Positions 40,063 to 51,199 of a stretch of DNA of 64,000 nt are shown here, piece by piece (the stretch's first letter is position 1; every line of letters begins with the position of its first letter). Origin of the DNA: Escherichia coli (GTDB taxonomy: Bacteria > Pseudomonadota > Gammaproteobacteria > Enterobacterales > Enterobacteriaceae); the NCBI RefSeq assembly GCF_003991155.1, contig NZ_CP031293.1. One strand, written 5' to 3'. A program made the position numbers and the translations under genes. The notes beneath the pieces are model-generated. The model made no database searches, was not told the DNA's origin, and was given only the letters and a program-made list of their open reading frames with translations.

Positions 40063-41115
40063 CTAAACCGGCGCGCCAGTGCGTAACTGCTGTAACAAAC
40101 GCTCCACGGGAGCCGCCAGGCCAACTGACGGCGGTTGCGCTAAGTTATACCAGAGCGCATTGTCTTCATCCATGCAGCCGGTGAATGACGACACGGGAAG
40201 CCACATAGGCACAATATCTAAGTGGAAATGGCTGAAGGTATGCCGAAACGCGGTCAGCTGCGTCAGGTTATCGGCAGCAATCTGTCGTTGCGCCAGCCAC
40301 TGCCGCAAACTTTCTTCATCGGCAAACTGCGGGAAACAGTATAAACCGCCCCACAATCCACTCGGCGGACGCTGCGCCAGCAATACTTCATCTTCGTGCT
40401 GTAACAGCAAAAAGTAGCCGGTGCGCTCTGGCAGCGTCTGTTTCGGTTTTTTGCCCGGATAAAGCGACCAGCTATTGTTGGCGGCGGCAATACATCCGTT
40501 TTGTAGCGGACAGAGCGAACATTTCGGCTTAGAGCGCGTACAAATCATCGCGCCCAAATCCATCATCGCCTGATTAAACCGTTCCACGCCAACCGCGGGC
40601 GTCACCTGCTCGCTCAAACTCCATAGTTTATTCTCGACCTCTTTTTTCCCAGGCCAGCCGCTTACAGCATAGCAGCGCGCCAGCACGCGTTTGACGTTAC
40701 CGTCGAGAATCGGAAAGTGCTTACCCAGAGAAAGCGAGAGAATCGCGCCTGCGGTGGAACGCCCGACGCCCGGCAGTGCTGCAACTTCCTCAAAGGTTTC
40801 CGGGAATTTACCGCCGTGTAGGGCCGCCACTTGTTGTGCCGCTTTATGTAGGTTGCGCGCGCGGGCGTAATAGCCAAGCCCGGTCCACAAGTGGAGAACT
40901 TCGTCGAGCGGCGCATTGGCGAGATCGGTCACCGTTGGGAAGCGCGCCATAAAGCGTTCAAAATAGGGGATAACGGTCGCAACCTGAGTTTGTTGCAACA
41001 TCACTTCTGAGAGCCATACTTTGTAGGGCGTCTTGTCAATTTGCCAGGGCAGCGTTTTCCGCCCGTATTTATCGTACCAGTCCAGAACCTGGGCTGAAAA
41101 TTGCGACGCTTGCAT
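40063..41115 (-). CDS. mutY: Adenine DNA glycosylase MutY
   Basis: 350 aa from [25 protein letters not shown]...; HhH-GPD and C-terminal 4Fe-4S cysteines. Confidence 0.92.
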   Translation of the reverse strand: MQASQFSAQVLDWYDKYGRKTLPWQIDKTPYKVWLSEVMLQQTQVATVIPYFERFMARFPTVTDLANAPLDEVLHLWTGLGYYARARNLHKAAQQVAALHGGKFPETFEEVAALPGVGRSTAGAILSLSLGKHFPILDGNVKRVLARCYAVSGWPGKKEVENKLWSLSEQVTPAVGVERFNQAMMDLGAMICTRSKPKCSLCPLQNGCIAAANNSWSLYPGKKPKQTLPERTGYFLLLQHEDEVLLAQRPPSGLWGGLYCFPQFADEESLRQWLAQRQIAADNLTQLTAFRHTFSHFHLDIVPMWLPVSSFTGCMDEDNALWYNLAQPPSVGLAAPVERLLQQLRTGAPV

Positions 41116-41275
41116 GGTCACCGAATTCACTGTTGTTGGGGGCAAGATTGCAGCACAGCGACGGCAGGGTGTAAACCGGAACTTTCCGCAGCCACGGCCT
41201 TATCATGCTTGCATCCGGCAACTAACTTTGGATAATGCCCGTTTTCAGAACACTTTCACAAGCGACTAAATCTTT

Positions 41276-41995
41276 ATGAAAAACGACGTCATCTCACCGG
41301 AATTTGATGAAAACGGCCGCCCGCTGCGCCGTATCCGTAGTTTTGTGCGCCGCCAGGGGCGACTGACCAAAGGCCAGGAACATGCGCTGGAAAACTACTG
41401 GCCGGTGATGGGCGTTGAGTTCAGCGAAGATATGCTGGATTTCCCTGCGCTTTTTGGCCGTGAAGCGCCGGTGACGCTTGAGATTGGTTTTGGCATGGGC
41501 GCGTCGCTGGTGGCAATGGCTAAAGATCGCCCCGAGCAGGACTTCCTCGGCATTGAAGTGCATTCACCGGGTGTTGGTGCGTGCCTGTCTTCTGCGCATG
41601 AAGAGGGCTTAAGCAACCTGCGCGTGATGTGTCACGATGCGGTTGAAGTGCTGCATAAAATGATTCCTGACAATTCATTGCGCATGGTGCAGCTCTTTTT
41701 CCCTGACCCGTGGCACAAAGCGCGCCATAATAAACGCCGTATCGTTCAGGTGCCGTTTGCCGAGCTGGTAAAAAGCAAACTGCAGCTGGGGGGCATATTC
41801 CATATGGCGACCGACTGGGAACCTTATGCGGAACATATGCTTGAAGTGATGTCTTCTATTGACGGTTATAAAAACCTGTCAGAGAGCAATGATTACGTAC
41901 CGCGTCCGGCATCACGTCCGGTGACGAAATTTGAACAACGTGGTCATCGTCTTGGTCACGGAGTATGGGACTTAATGTTCGAGAGGGTGAAATAA
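41276..41995 (+). CDS. trmB: tRNA (guanine-N7)-methyltransferase TrmB
   Basis: 239-aa ORF with SAM-binding motif. Confidence 0.92.
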   Translation: MKNDVISPEFDENGRPLRRIRSFVRRQGRLTKGQEHALENYWPVMGVEFSEDMLDFPALFGREAPVTLEIGFGMGASLVAMAKDRPEQDFLGIEVHSPGVGACLSSAHEEGLSNLRVMCHDAVEVLHKMIPDNSLRMVQLFFPDPWHKARHNKRRIVQVPFAELVKSKLQLGGIFHMATDWEPYAEHMLEVMSSIDGYKNLSESNDYVPRPASRPVTKFEQRGHRLGHGVWDLMFERVK

Positions 41996-42321
41996 TGGCA
42001 AAGAACCGTAGCCGTCGTCTGCGTAAAAAAATGCACATCGACGAATTCCAGGAATTAGGATTTTCGGTGGCATGGCGATTCCCGGAAGGTACATCGGAAG
42101 AACAGATTGATAAAACCGTTGATGACTTTATTAACGAGGTTATCGAACCGAACAAACTGGCCTTTGACGGCAGCGGATATCTGGCCTGGGAAGGTTTGAT
42201 CTGCATGCAGGAAATCGGCAAATGCACCGAAGAGCATCAGGCGGTTGTGCGTAAGTGGCTGGAAGAACGCAAACTGGAAGAGGTACGCACCAGCGAACTT
42301 TTCGACGTTTGGTGGGACTAA
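41995..42321 (+). CDS. yggL: YggL (DUF469) protein
   Basis: 108 aa from [23 protein letters not shown]...; overlaps the trmB stop. Confidence 0.88.
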   Translation: MAKNRSRRLRKKMHIDEFQELGFSVAWRFPEGTSEEQIDKTVDDFINEVIEPNKLAFDGSGYLAWEGLICMQEIGKCTEEHQAVVRKWLEERKLEEVRTSELFDVWWD

Positions 42322-42352
42322 GAAAGCATACGGGCGATGACAAATGCAAAAC

Positions 42353-42436
42353 TGCCTGATGTGCTACGCTTATCAGGCCTATAAAGATGCACGATCGAGT
42401 AGGCTGGATAAGGCGTTTACGCCGCATCCGGCATGG
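42353..42436. repeat. REP/BIME element (two REP-like palindromic units)
   Basis: GCCTGATGTGCTACGCTTATCAGGCCTA and GTAGGCTGGATAAGGCGTTTACGCCGCATCCGGCA. Confidence 0.8.
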
Positions 42437-42504
42437 AAAACGCGCACTTTGTTATCAATCTGGGGCCAGCAAATGCTGGCCTGATTTGTTCTTGAGGGAA
42501 GACT

Positions 42505-43224
42505 ATGATGCGCAAAATGCTGCTGGCGGCAGCACTTTCAGTGACGGCAATGACCGCTCACGCCGACTACCAGTGCAGCGTCACGCCGCGTGACGATGTG
42601 ATTGTCAGCCCGCAAACCGTGCAGGTGGAGGGCGAAAACGGCAATCTGGTGATCACGCCAGACGGCAACGTGATGTATAACGGTAAGCAATATTCCCTGA
42701 ATGCCGCCCAGCGCGAGCAGGCGAAGGATTATCAGGCTGAACTACGTAGCACCCTGCCGTGGATTGATGAAGGCGCGAAAAGCCGCGTCGAGAAAGCCCG
42801 TATTGCGCTGGATAAAATTATCGTTCAGGAGATGGGCGAAAGCAGCAAAATGCGCAGCCGTCTGACCAAACTTGATGCGCAGCTGAAAGAGCAGATGAAC
42901 CGCATTATCGAAACGCGCAGCGATGGCCTGACGTTTCACTATAAAGCCATTGATCAGGTTCGTGCCGAAGGCCAGCAATTAGTGAATCAGGCAATGGGCG
43001 GAATTTTACAGGACAGCATTAATGAAATGGGCGCGAAAGCGGTGCTGAAAAGCGGCGGTAACCCATTACAGAACGTGCTGGGAAGCCTGGGCGGTCTGCA
43101 ATCCTCAATCCAAACCGAGTGGAAAAAGCAGGAAAAAGATTTCCAGCAGTTTGGCAAAGATGTTTGTAGCCGCGTTGTGACTCTGGAAGATAGCCGCAAA
43201 GCCCTGGTCGGGAATTTAAAATAA
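42505..43224 (+). CDS. yggN: YggN (DUF2884) periplasmic protein
   Basis: 239-aa ORF with signal peptide; synteny. Confidence 0.88.
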   Translation: MMRKMLLAAALSVTAMTAHADYQCSVTPRDDVIVSPQTVQVEGENGNLVITPDGNVMYNGKQYSLNAAQREQAKDYQAELRSTLPWIDEGAKSRVEKARIALDKIIVQEMGESSKMRSRLTKLDAQLKEQMNRIIETRSDGLTFHYKAIDQVRAEGQQLVNQAMGGILQDSINEMGAKAVLKSGGNPLQNVLGSLGGLQSSIQTEWKKQEKDFQQFGKDVCSRVVTLEDSRKALVGNLK

Positions 43225-43399
43225 TCCTCTATTTTAAGACGGCATAATACTTTTTTATGCCGTTTAATTCTTCGTTTTGTTACCTGCCTCTAACTTTGTA
43301 GATCTCCAAAATATATTCACGTTGTAAATTGTTTAACGTCAAATTTCCCATGCAAAGCTAAGGGATAATGCGTAGCGTTCACGTAACTGGAGGAATGAA

Positions 43400-44446
43400 A
43401 TGGAGTTTTTCAAAAAGACGGCACTTGCCGCACTGGTTATGGGTTTTAGTGGTGCAGCATTGGCATTACCCAATATCACCATTTTAGCAACCGGCGGGAC
43501 CATTGCCGGTGGTGGTGACTCCGCAACCAAATCTAACTACACAGCGGGTAAAGTTGGCGTAGAAAATCTGGTTAATGCGGTGCCGCAACTGAAGGACATT
43601 GCGAACGTTAAAGGCGAGCAGGTAGTGAATATTGGCTCCCAGGACATGAACGATGATGTCTGGCTGACACTGGCGAAAAAAATTAACACCGACTGCGATA
43701 AAACTGACGGCTTCGTCATTACCCACGGTACCGACACGATGGAAGAAACCGCTTACTTCCTCGACCTGACGGTGAAATGCGACAAACCGGTGGTGATGGT
43801 CGGTGCAATGCGCCCGTCCACGTCTATGAGCGCAGACGGTCCATTCAACCTGTATAACGCGGTAGTGACCGCAGCTGATAAAGCCTCCGCTAATCGTGGC
43901 GTACTGGTAGTGATGAACGACACCGTGCTTGATGGCCGTGATGTCACCAAAACCAACACCACCGATGTAGCGACCTTCAAGTCTGTTAACTACGGTCCTC
44001 TGGGTTACATTCACAACGGTAAGATTGACTACCAACGTACCCCGGCACGTAAGCACACCAGCGACACGCCGTTCGATGTCTCTAAGCTGAATGAACTGCC
44101 GAAAGTCGGCATTGTTTATAACTACGCTAACGCATCCGATCTTCCGGCTAAAGCACTGGTAGATGCGGGCTATGATGGCATCGTTAGCGCTGGCGTGGGT
44201 AACGGCAACCTGTATAAAACCGTATTTGACACCCTTGCAACCGCTGCGAAAAACGGCACTGCAGTAGTGCGTTCTTCCCGCGTACCGACGGGCGCTACCA
44301 CTCAGGATGCCGAAGTGGATGATGCGAAATACGGCTTCGTCGCCTCTGGCACGTTGAACCCGCAAAAAGCGCGCGTTCTGCTGCAACTGGCTCTGACGCA
44401 AACTAAAGATCCGCAGCAGATCCAGCAGATCTTCAATCAGTACTAA
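43400..44446 (+). CDS. ansB: L-asparaginase 2 (periplasmic)
   Basis: 348-aa ORF with signal peptide and TGGTIAGG active-site motif. Confidence 0.95.
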   Translation: MEFFKKTALAALVMGFSGAALALPNITILATGGTIAGGGDSATKSNYTAGKVGVENLVNAVPQLKDIANVKGEQVVNIGSQDMNDDVWLTLAKKINTDCDKTDGFVITHGTDTMEETAYFLDLTVKCDKPVVMVGAMRPSTSMSADGPFNLYNAVVTAADKASANRGVLVVMNDTVLDGRDVTKTNTTDVATFKSVNYGPLGYIHNGKIDYQRTPARKHTSDTPFDVSKLNELPKVGIVYNYANASDLPAKALVDAGYDGIVSAGVGNGNLYKTVFDTLATAAKNGTAVVRSSRVPTGATTQDAEVDDAKYGFVASGTLNPQKARVLLQLALTQTKDPQQIQQIFNQY

Positions 44447-44452
44447 TCACTT

Positions 44453-44480
44453 CGCCCCGGTATCGTGCCGGGGCTTATTC
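44453..44480 (+). terminator. Probable intrinsic terminator after ansB
   Basis: GCCCCGG-tatcgt-GCCGGGGC hairpin followed by a weak T-rich tail. Confidence 0.4.
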
Positions 44481-44562
44481 ACTTCAGACTCACGTCCATT
44501 GCCAATTTTTATTACCCTAATGATAATCACCGGAATAAATTATTCCGCGCGAGGGTTTTCGG

Positions 44563-45570
44563 GTGAAAAAGCAATGGATTGTTGGTACGGCGCTGCTTAT
44601 GTTGATGACTGGTAATGTCCGGGCAGATGGTGAACCGCCAACTGAAAATATCTTAAAAGATCAATTCAAAAAGCAGTATCACGGCATTCTCAAGCTTGAT
44701 GCCATCACCTTAAAAAATCTTGATGCTAAGGGTAATCAGGCCACCTGGTCAGCGGAAGGCGATGTCTCTTCCAGTGACGATCTCTATACCTGGGTCGGTC
44801 AGTTGGCAGATTACGAGCTGCTCGAACAGACCTGGACGAAAGATAAACCGGTGAAATTCTCGGCGATGTTAACCAGTAAAGGAACGCCCGCGTCTGGCTG
44901 GTCGGTGAACTTTTACTCTTTTCAGGCGGCAGCCAGCGATCGTGGGCGGGTGGTTGACGATATCAAAACCAATAATAAATATCTGATCGTGAATAGCGAA
45001 GATTTCAATTATCGCTTTAGTCAGCTTGAGTCTGCATTGAATAACCAGAATAACTCGATTCCTGCACTGAAAAAGGATGTAAAAGCGCTTGATAAGCAAA
45101 TGGTGGCGGCGCAGAAAGCAGCGGATGCATATTGGGGAAAAGATGCAAACGGTAAGCAAATGACCCGCGAAGACGCCTTTAAAAAAATTCACCAACAGCG
45201 TGATGATTTTAATAAACAGAACGATAGCGAGGCGTTCGCGGTTAAATATGACAAAGAGGTTTATCAACCGGCGATTGCGGCATGTCATAAACAGAGTGAA
45301 GAGTGTTATGAAGTGCCGATTCAGCAGAAGCGAGATTTCGATATCAACGAACAACGGCGACAGACTTTTCTGCAATCACAAAAACTTAGCCGTAAATTGC
45401 AGGATGACTGGATAACGCTCGAGAAAGGGCAATATCCGTTAACGATGAAAGTTTCAGAAATAAACAGTAAAAAAGTCGCGATTTTGATGAAAATTGACGA
45501 TATCAACCAGGCTAATGAACGCTGGAAAAAAGATACCGAACAACTGCGGCGCAATGGGGTGATTAAGTAA
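44563..45570 (+). CDS. yggM: YggM (DUF1202) periplasmic protein
   Basis: 335-aa ORF with signal peptide; synteny. Confidence 0.85.
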   Translation: MKKQWIVGTALLMLMTGNVRADGEPPTENILKDQFKKQYHGILKLDAITLKNLDAKGNQATWSAEGDVSSSDDLYTWVGQLADYELLEQTWTKDKPVKFSAMLTSKGTPASGWSVNFYSFQAAASDRGRVVDDIKTNNKYLIVNSEDFNYRFSQLESALNNQNNSIPALKKDVKALDKQMVAAQKAADAYWGKDANGKQMTREDAFKKIHQQRDDFNKQNDSEAFAVKYDKEVYQPAIAACHKQSEECYEVPIQQKRDFDINEQRRQTFLQSQKLSRKLQDDWITLEKGQYPLTMKVSEINSKKVAILMKIDDINQANERWKKDTEQLRRNGVIK

Positions 45571-45590
45571 TTTTTGCGATGACGCAAGAG

Positions 45591-45630
45591 TTGTAGCCGG
45601 ATGTTGCGTACACGCCGCATCCGGCAATAC
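45591..45630. repeat. REP element
   Basis: GTAGCCGGATGTTGCGTACACGCCGCATCCGGCAATAC. Confidence 0.75.
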
Positions 45631-45634
45631 AAAT

Positions 45635-46771
45635 TTACTCAGCCAGAAAAAGCTCCAGCAGCGAATTTAAAAACAACTTCCCATGTTCCGTTATCTGCCA
45701 GTAATCCGCACATTCTGTGAGATAACCCTGAGCGATAGCCTCGTCTAACTGTGGGCGAATAACCTCTTCTGAAAGGCCAGTATACTGGCTAAACTCCACG
45801 CGCGGCGCAGGTTCCAGCAAACGGAAGCGATTCATAAAGAACTCAAATGGTTTATCTGCGGCTTCGACATCACGCTGGCTTTCCAGATACCGCCCCTGCA
45901 TAAAACCACGTGGATGACGCGTTTTGGTGGTACGCAGAATGCGCCCATCCGGGAAGGTCACTTTGCCATGCGCGCCGCAGCCAATACCGATGTAGTCACC
46001 AAAGCGCCAGTAGTTGAGATTGTGCTGGCACTGATAACCGGGTTTGGCGTAAGCGGAAGTTTCATATTGCTGATAACCCGCTGCGGTTAATAACTGATGC
46101 CCCTGTTCGAAAATGTCCCACAGCGCGTCATCGTCCGGCAGTACAGGAGGGCGCGAGCCAAACAGCGTATTGGGTTCGATGGTCAGTTGATACCAGGAAA
46201 GATGCGGCGGATTCAGTTCAATAGCCTGGCGCAGATCGCCTAGCGCCTCTTCCAGTGATTGATCCGGCAGCCCATGCATCAAATCGAGGTTAAAGCTACG
46301 TAACCCTAAACCGCTCGCCAGATTTGCCGCTCGTTTCGCTTCTTGCGGGCCATGAATGCGCCCAAGTCGTTTCAGCTTTTCTTCGCTAAAACTCTGTACG
46401 CCAATGGAGATGCGGTTCACACCAGCACGCTGATAATCAACAAAGCGATCGGCTTCAACCGTACCAGGATTCGCTTCCATCGTAATTTCTGCATCCGCTG
46501 CCAGCGGCAAACGCGCACGTACGCCGTCCAGCAGCGTTTGCATCGCCGGGCCGGAAAGCAGGCTCGGCGTACCACCGCCAATAAAGATTGTCTTTACTTC
46601 ACGGCCCTGAGCGTAAGCCACATCGTTGTTCAGATCGTTAAGCAGATGCTGAACATAATCGTCGTGCGGCACTTCTCCTTTCAACGCGTGAGAGTTGAAA
46701 TCGCAGTACGGGCATTTCTGCACGCACCACGGGATGTGAATGTAGAGACTCAGCGGCGGTAATTTAACCAT
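45635..46771 (-). CDS. hemW: Radical-SAM heme chaperone HemW (YggW)
   Basis: 378-aa ORF with CxxxCxxC radical-SAM motif ([10 protein letters not shown]). Confidence 0.9.
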
Positions 46772-47357
46772 TACGTAAAGCGTCCAGCAGCAGTTTCAAC
46801 GCCTGACCACGGTGGGAAATGGCGCTCTTTTCTTCGCGAGTCAGTTCGGCAGCGGTTTTCCCTTCGGAAGGTACGAAGAAGATTGGATCATAACCAAAGC
46901 CGCCAGTACCCGCAGGTTCACGAGTAATCACGCCTGGCCAGCTACCGTGGCACACCAGCGGAGTCGGATCTTCCGCGTGACGCAGATATACCAGCACGCA
47001 GTGGAAACGCGCCTGACGTTGGTCGTCCGGTACGTCTTTCATTGTTTCCAGCAGTTTTTGCAGATTCTTTTGATCGGTCGCGTCTTCACCGGAATAACGC
47101 GCGGAGTAAATACCCGGCGCGCCACCCAGCGCATCTACCGCCAGACCGGAGTCGTCGGCAATTGCCGGTAAACCGGTCACTTTTGCCGCATGGCGCGCTT
47201 TCAGAATCGCGTTTTCGATAAAGGTCAGGCCGGTTTCTTCAGCGGAATCTACGCCGAGGTCTGTTTGGGCAACGATATCAAGACCGAAGTCGCTAAGCAG
47301 CGACGCCAGCTCACGCACTTTACCGGCATTGCCGGTTGCGAGGACAACTTTTTGCAT
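46764..47357 (-). CDS. rdgB: dITP/XTP pyrophosphatase RdgB
   Basis: 197-aa ORF, Ham1 family; 8-nt overlap with hemW. Confidence 0.92.
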
Positions 47358-47364
47358 AGGATAC

Positions 47365-47655
47365 CTAATTAATTAACGCCGCGATTTCTGGCGGGATTTG
47401 TTGCGGATTAATGATTTTAATTTGTTTGTGGCGGCCAAGTTCGCCTTTTTCAATCACCACCTGGCTTTTGGCAACCCGGAATTGCTTACCGAGAAACTTC
47501 ACCAGATGGCTGTTGGCCTGGCCGTCAACCGGCGGCGCGGTAATGGCGACTTTTACCTCGTCGCCATGTAAACCGACAATAGAATCACGGCTGGCTTTCG
47601 GCTGAATATAGAGCCGTAAAACCAGACCGTCATCATTAACTGTTACGGCACTCAT
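47365..47655 (-). CDS. yggU: YggU (DUF167) protein
   Basis: 96 aa from [24 protein letters not shown]... Confidence 0.85.
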
Positions 47656-48218
47656 AACGCCATCCACAGCCCCGGCAGCAGCATATTTCCGGTCGCCTGC
47701 AAGACTTCTGCGACACCCATATTGATGACATACAGCAGCAGAACGAGGATCATCGGCGAGAAATCAATCCCACCCATTGCCGGTAGCAAGCGGCGAATCG
47801 GGCGCAGCAGCGGATCGGCCAGCTGAATCAGCACGTATTCAATCGGGCTACGACCCTGGCTTACCCAGCTCATAATCGCCATCACCAGCAGGACCCAGAA
47901 AATCAGCAGGCCGATGGTTTTCAGCAGAATCAATAAACCGGCAATCCAAATGATTGGCAGGAAGGTCACCACTTTAAACAGCACGATGGCTTTAATGAAA
48001 CTGAGAATATAGGCAACCAGCAGCGAGGCGCTATCAATGGGGCCCATTGCCGGAATAACGCGGCGCAGTGGCCCGATAATCGGCTGCGTTACCTTCACTA
48101 CAAACTGTGAGAAGGGGTTGTAAAAATCACAATGAGCCCACTGCATCCAGATGCGTAATAACAGCACCATGGTATACAGCTCAATGACCGTTGAAAGCAG
48201 GAAAGTCAACGTATTCAT
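47652..48218 (-). CDS. yggT: YggT family inner-membrane protein
   Basis: 188-aa hydrophobic ORF; overlaps the yggU start. Confidence 0.88.
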
Positions 48219-48235
48219 GGCGTTCCTTTAATTCC

Positions 48236-48940
48236 TTATTTTTTAGAGTAACCACGCGCACCAAAAATTGCAGTGCCGATACGAACCATCGTGCTACCTG
48301 CCGCAATGGCGGCTTCCATATCGTCCGACATTCCCAGAGAGAGCGTGTCGATATGCGGGTAGCGCGTTTTCAGTCCGGCAAATGCTACAGCCATTTGGCG
48401 TGCAACTTCAAACTGCCTTACATATTCTGACTCAGGCGCAGGGATTGCCATCAGCCCGCGCAGACGTAAACGCGGTAGTTCAGCGACCGCAGCTGCCAGC
48501 TCGTCCAGTTCAGCCAGTTGAATCCCGGACTTACTGTTTTCATCACTAATGTTAATTTGAATCAGTACGTTAAGAGGGGGAAGTTCTGCCGGGCGCTGGT
48601 CGTTCAGGCGGGTAGCGATGCGCAAACGGTCGATGGTATGACACCAGTCGAAATGCTCTGCCACCAGGCGGCTTTTATTAGACTGCAACGGGCCAATAAA
48701 ATGCCATTCTAATCCTGTTACGCTCAGTTCCTGAAAGTGGCGAATTTTATCTACCCCTTCCTGAACGTAGTTTTCACCAAATTGACGCTGCCCGGCATCA
48801 ATGGCTTCTGCGATGGCGCTCGCAGGTTTTGTTTTACTGACTGCAAGCAGCGTAATTTCTTCTGGAGAACGGCCGCAACGCGTTGCAGCCGCTGAGATTT
48901 TGTCCCGGACCTGTGCCAGGTTATGCGCAATATCGTTCAT
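48236..48940 (-). CDS. yggS: PLP-homeostasis protein YggS
   Basis: 234-aa ORF, alanine-racemase-N-like fold; lysine in ..LLAVSKTK.. Confidence 0.92.
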   Translation of the reverse strand: MNDIAHNLAQVRDKISAAATRCGRSPEEITLLAVSKTKPASAIAEAIDAGQRQFGENYVQEGVDKIRHFQELSVTGLEWHFIGPLQSNKSRLVAEHFDWCHTIDRLRIATRLNDQRPAELPPLNVLIQINISDENSKSGIQLAELDELAAAVAELPRLRLRGLMAIPAPESEYVRQFEVARQMAVAFAGLKTRYPHIDTLSLGMSDDMEAAIAAGSTMVRIGTAIFGARGYSKK

Positions 48941-48957
48941 TTTCCGAGGATCTTAGT

Positions 48958-49938
48958 ATGAATATGGAAGAAATTGTGGCCCTTAGTGTAAAGCATAACG
49001 TCTCGGATCTACACCTGTGCAGCGCCTGGCCCGCACGATGGCGTATTCGCGGGAGAATGGAAGCTGCGCCGTTTGACGCGCCGGACGTCGAAGAGCTACT
49101 GCGGGAGTGGCTGGATGACGATCAGCGGGCAATATTGCTGGAGAATGGTCAGCTGGATTTTGCTGTGTCGCTGGCGGAAAACCAGCGATTGCGCGGCAGT
49201 GCGTTCGCACAACGGCAAGGTATTTCTCTGGCGTTACGGCTGTTACCTTCGCACTGCCCGCAGCTCGAACAGCTTGGCGCACCACCGGTATTGCCGGAAT
49301 TACTCAAGAGCGAGAATGGCCTGATTCTGGTGACGGGGGCGACGGGGAGCGGCAAATCTACCACGCTGGCGGCGATGGTTGGCTATCTCAATCAACATGC
49401 CGATGCGCATATTCTGACGCTGGAAGATCCTGTGGAATATCTCTATACCAGTCAGCGATGTTTGATCCAGCAGCGGGAGATTGGTTTGCACTGTATGACT
49501 TTCGCATCGGGATTGCGGGCTGCATTGCGGGAAGATCCTGATATGATTTTGCTCGGAGAGCTGCGTGATAGCGAGACAATCCGTCTGGCGCTGACGGCGG
49601 CAGAAACCGGGCATCTGGTGCTGGCGACATTACACACGCGCGGCGCAGCGCAGGCAGTTGAGCGACTGGTGGATTCATTTCCTGCGCAGGAAAAAGATCC
49701 CGTGCGTAATCAACTGGCAGGGAGTTTACGGGCAGTGTTGTCACAAAAACTGGAAGTGGATAAACAGGAAGGACGCGTGGCGCTGTTTGAATTACTGATT
49801 AACACACCCGCGGTGGGGAATTTGATTCGTGAAGGGAAAACCCACCAGTTACCGCATGTTATTCAAACCGGGCAGCAGGTGGGGATGATAACGTTTCAGC
49901 AGAGTTATCAGCAGCGGGTGGGGGAAGGGCGTTTGTGA
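48958..49938 (+). CDS. yggR: PilT-like type IV pilus retraction ATPase homologue YggR
   Basis: 326 aa from MNMEEIVALSVKHNVSDLHL...; Walker A GATGSGKST. Confidence 0.9.
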   Translation: MNMEEIVALSVKHNVSDLHLCSAWPARWRIRGRMEAAPFDAPDVEELLREWLDDDQRAILLENGQLDFAVSLAENQRLRGSAFAQRQGISLALRLLPSHCPQLEQLGAPPVLPELLKSENGLILVTGATGSGKSTTLAAMVGYLNQHADAHILTLEDPVEYLYTSQRCLIQQREIGLHCMTFASGLRAALREDPDMILLGELRDSETIRLALTAAETGHLVLATLHTRGAAQAVERLVDSFPAQEKDPVRNQLAGSLRAVLSQKLEVDKQEGRVALFELLINTPAVGNLIREGKTHQLPHVIQTGQQVGMITFQQSYQQRVGEGRL

Positions 49939-49968
49939 CGTTGCTGTGTCTGATACGAATTGTAAATA

Positions 49969-50067
49969 TGCCCGATGCGCAAGCTTATCGGGCCTACAAG
50001 GGAAGCGTAACTTTGAATTCGCACTCACTGTAGGTTGGATAAGGCGTTTACGCCGCATCCAACATGA
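49969..50067. repeat. REP/BIME element (two REP-like units)
   Basis: TGCCCGATGCGCAAGCTTATCGGGCCTACAAGG and TGTAGGTTGGATAAGGCGTTTACGCCGCATCCAACATG. Confidence 0.8.
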
Positions 50068-50111
50068 AACAACGAGCACATTGTCAGAAATCTGTGCGCT
50101 AGTAAATCGCC

Positions 50112-50528
50112 TTAATATCCCTGCTCGAAATAGCTTTCGAGAATAATAACCGCAGAGGCAGAGTCGACTTTGCCTTTGTTGAGCGCCCGATAGCCGCCCT
50201 GTTCAAACAGACCGGAACGTGCCTCCACGGTGCTAAGACGCTCGTCATGGAGCTTTACTTCAACACCGAAACGACCATGAATACGGTTGGCAAATTTACG
50301 CGCTCTGGCGGTTAACGGCTGTTCGGTGCCGTCCATATTCAGCGGCAAACCGACGATGATTTCGTCCGGCTGCCACTCTTTCAGTAAACGCTCGATAATG
50401 TTCCAGTCCGGCGTACCGTCCTGCGCTTTAATTGCAGGCAAAGGGCGAGCGGTGCCGGTAATGCGTTGGCCGACCGCTACGCCAATGCTTTTGGTGCCGA
50501 AGTCGAAGGCGAGTAAGGTTCCACTCAT
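50112..50528 (-). CDS. ruvX: Putative pre-16S rRNA nuclease / Holliday-junction-resolvase-like RuvX (YqgF)
   Basis: 138 aa from [21 protein letters not shown]...; ORF track start lies upstream in frame. Confidence 0.9.
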
Positions 50529-51091
50529 CAGGCGTGTCCTGCCACACCAGGCATGGTGAGAATATCCACACCAATCAGTTTTGCCGCCTCGCGCCAGCGG
50601 TCCGCAATCGGCGTTTTGAACAGAATATTCAGATCTGCCGGGGCCGTTAGCCACGCGTTATCGAGAATTTCTTGTTCCAGTTGACCTTTCTCCCAGGAGG
50701 CATAACCCAGAGCCACCAATACGTCAGACGGTTGTTTATCGGTGCCGAGCGTTTCCAGCACATCGCGGGAAGTGGTCATCACTGTGTTGTCTGAAATGCG
50801 AATGCTGGAAGCAAAATTGGAGGGCGGAGTATGCAAAATAAACCCGCGATCTTCAGCCAGCGGACCGCCGAGCATAACCGGTTTATCCAGACGGATTGAT
50901 TCATCACGCGGCTCCGGCGTGATCTTCAGCTTTTCCAGAATCCCTTCAATTTTGAGATTTTCCAGCGGCTTGTTGACGATGATCCCCATTGCACCATTGG
51001 TATTATGTTCGCAAATGTAGACCACGGAACGACGGAAAATCGGATCCTGGAGAGCAGGCATGGCAATAAGAAAGTGATGCTGTAAATTCAT
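50528..51091 (-). CDS. yqgE: YqgE (UPF0301) protein
   Basis: 187 aa from [30 protein letters not shown]... Confidence 0.9.
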
Positions 51092-51199
51092 TGTCAGAGG
51101 TTCTGTTTCCTGGTTCAAAAAAGCAACAGCGCCCAGTATGCGTGGAAAGAAGGGCGCTGTCACTCAGAGTCTCAACGAGATCCTTCTCGCTAAGGTGGG

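Noticed and set aside
43484-44401. 305-aa minus-strand ORF
   Set aside because: Entirely antisense to ansB (signal peptide and active-site motif on the plus strand); no independent support.
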